Shown here piece by piece: positions 17,144 to 18,845 of a DNA stretch of 18,845 nucleotides. The DNA lies in contig MTSL01000087.1 of the NCBI GenBank assembly GCA_002794465.1, forward strand, positions 4,119-22,963. Reading direction: 5' to 3'. The position numbers and the translations under genes were made by a program. Each line of letters opens with the position of its first letter. The stretch's first letter is position 1. The notes beneath the pieces are model-generated. The model did no database searches and was not told the origin of the DNA. It saw only the letters and a program-made list of their open reading frames with translations. This DNA is from Paramicrosporidium saccamoebae KSL3. Taxonomy: Eukaryota; Fungi; Cryptomycota.

Positions 17144-18685
17144 ATGCATCTTGTCGTTGCTATATGTATTTTATCGGCTGTTTGGATCAGAGACACAGCT
17201 GCTAGCGTGCCCTCCCGTAGTGCAAAGTCACATCACAGTGGACTGGCTGCAGAGGCTGCGAAAAAGGGAAAAGTGCAAAAGACCCTTGGATATCCATTCA
17301 AGGTGCTAGATGCCAGCCTGGAAATGTCACACAGTAGGGGAAAAGTTGCAGCAAGGTTTTTTTTGAAATTGCTAGAACAGCAAAGGTGGTACGAGGCGAG
17401 TCTCGCGTATCGAGTAGCCGACTGGAATCTCATCTGGGAAAAACTCAAGCCTTACAAAGAAAAAGCTGATGTACATTTGGACAAACATCCAAAAATAGAT
17501 TTTAGCGTGCTTGGATTTGGCTGGCGGACCGAATATCGTATTCTCCGACACAATTATTACGTCAAACGCGAAAAAATTATCCAAAAGTTGCGCAGCGGAG
17601 CCAATATGGAGCTCAAAGAGATACTCAAATCGATCCACGATCCAAGTCTTACTGATCCTCGGCCCGATTGTGTAAAATTGTGGGATGCTGGAGAGGTGCT
17701 AGCCGAAGCTGGACTCTTCAGATTAGCCGTTACCTCAATGGTCGATGCCTGCGGAAAAAGCATGGAGCTAAAACATTTCGCCGTCTTATTAGGCGGCTTT
17801 TCGGTGGGTTTGGAAGATTCGCTTACCCCAAAAAACAAGGATGAGGCACTGTATGCTTTGGGATTGATCACTCAGCTGTTTGGAAAGGAATACCAAGCTT
17901 CATCGGCTCTCCCAGTGGCCCTTTCCAGCTTTCGGGAAGCCCTGAAGCGCGTTCTATCTGATAAACGTCCCAAGCCCCATCCGATCGAAAAGGCTATTTC
18001 TAAATTCCCATACTACCGCAATGGAGATGACATTGATCGAGCACTTGCGGAGGAAGCGAGCGAAATTTTGTGGCAGTCTCGCTCAGAATTTGTTCATTAT
18101 CTACCCCTGATTGAAGATATGTACAAGTCTCAATACCAAAAGGGCGGCTTTGCATTCTACATGGTAACATATTTTCAGAGACAACTAACTTTATAGCACG
18201 CCCGTTTGCTTTCTCAATATTATCATCGTCGGGGCGATCTTTGGAATTCACGGCGATGGGGAGGTGAAGCATTACTGACGCGTCCAAATAAAGCCGAGGA
18301 TGAATGGATGAAACAGTGTGCTCATAAAATTTGCCAGACCGGTGCCATTGAGAGCTATAACTATATTGATTCTGTCAAGGGCCAGAATGCATTTGTTCAA
18401 TTAGAAGCCGATTTAAAGAAATGGAAAGGGTCTCCAAGCTTTACTCCCTTGACAACTAAACATTATGGTCCAACTATACAACTAGATGCTCCTACTGCTC
18501 GCAGTGAAGGCAAGGCATATACCTGGGCAAGAAAGCGTGATCCAAAGGAAAAGGTCCGCAAGCATACTGATGAGAATGAATGGAGAACTCGAGAGAAACG
18601 TGAGCTGCAAGTACTGCCCTTTCCTTCTCCAAAAAATCGACAGAGTCAGAAATTTTCCAACTTGAAAAACATGTTTGGAGGCTAG
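17144..18685 (+). CDS. Secreted orphan protein, ~502 aa, predicted helical, basic C-terminus
   Basis: Signal-peptide-like MHLVVAICILSAVWIRDTAA. A 33-nt phase-0 intron at 18164-18196 (GTAACA..CTAAC..TAG) joins ORFs 17144-18196 and 18206-18685. No family recognised. Confidence 0.7.
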
Positions 18686-18787
18686 GTGTCGATCTAAGCA
18701 ATTATTGTAAATAAAACACTTTTGGCGTGAAAGTTACAAGATTATAGTCCCTAGCCAGTTTAAAAGAGCGCTTTAAGTTGTCGTGTA

Positions 18788-18845
18788 ATGGGTGATGGGA
18801 TGGGATGGGATGGGATGGGATGGGATGGGATGGGATGGGATGGGA
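18788..18845 (+). repeat. (TGGGA)n pentanucleotide tract running to the end of the window
   Basis: 10 perfect TGGGA units at 18796-18845, preceded by a degenerate ATGGGTGA. Confidence 0.97.

Overview
Gene-dense eukaryotic DNA, not prokaryotic. Most genes are split by very short GT-AG introns: 23 were inferred at 27-39 nt, each restoring a recognisable reading frame. This is why the ORF track fragments or misses several genes. Reconstructed genes in order: secreted protein with a degenerate HSL-type alpha/beta-hydrolase fold (+), choline/ethanolamine kinase (-), hidden Ten1-like OB-fold protein (-), Med14 (+), complex I 20.9/21-kDa subunit (-), Mog1 (+), ribosomal protein uS8/S15A (+), RalGAP-beta-like (+), Cue1-like ERAD factor (-), GT8-GT64 fusion glycosyltransferase (+), Tma7 (+), YPR011C/SLC25A42-type mitochondrial carrier (+), ~502-aa secreted orphan (+). 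Compact spacing, tiny introns, complex I and RalGAP-beta suggest an early-diverging fungus or relative such as a Paramicrosporidium-like rozellid (inference only). The most unexplained structure is non-coding: a modular dispersed element with at least six partial copies, including both window ends. It is linked to a 126-bp mosaic tandem array and a terminal (TGGGA)n tract, and two copies sit upstream of the two secreted orphan genes. The most interesting protein is the GT8-GT64 fusion, a candidate two-step plant-type GIPC sphingolipid glycosyltransferase. All alignments were done by eye; no database searches were run.
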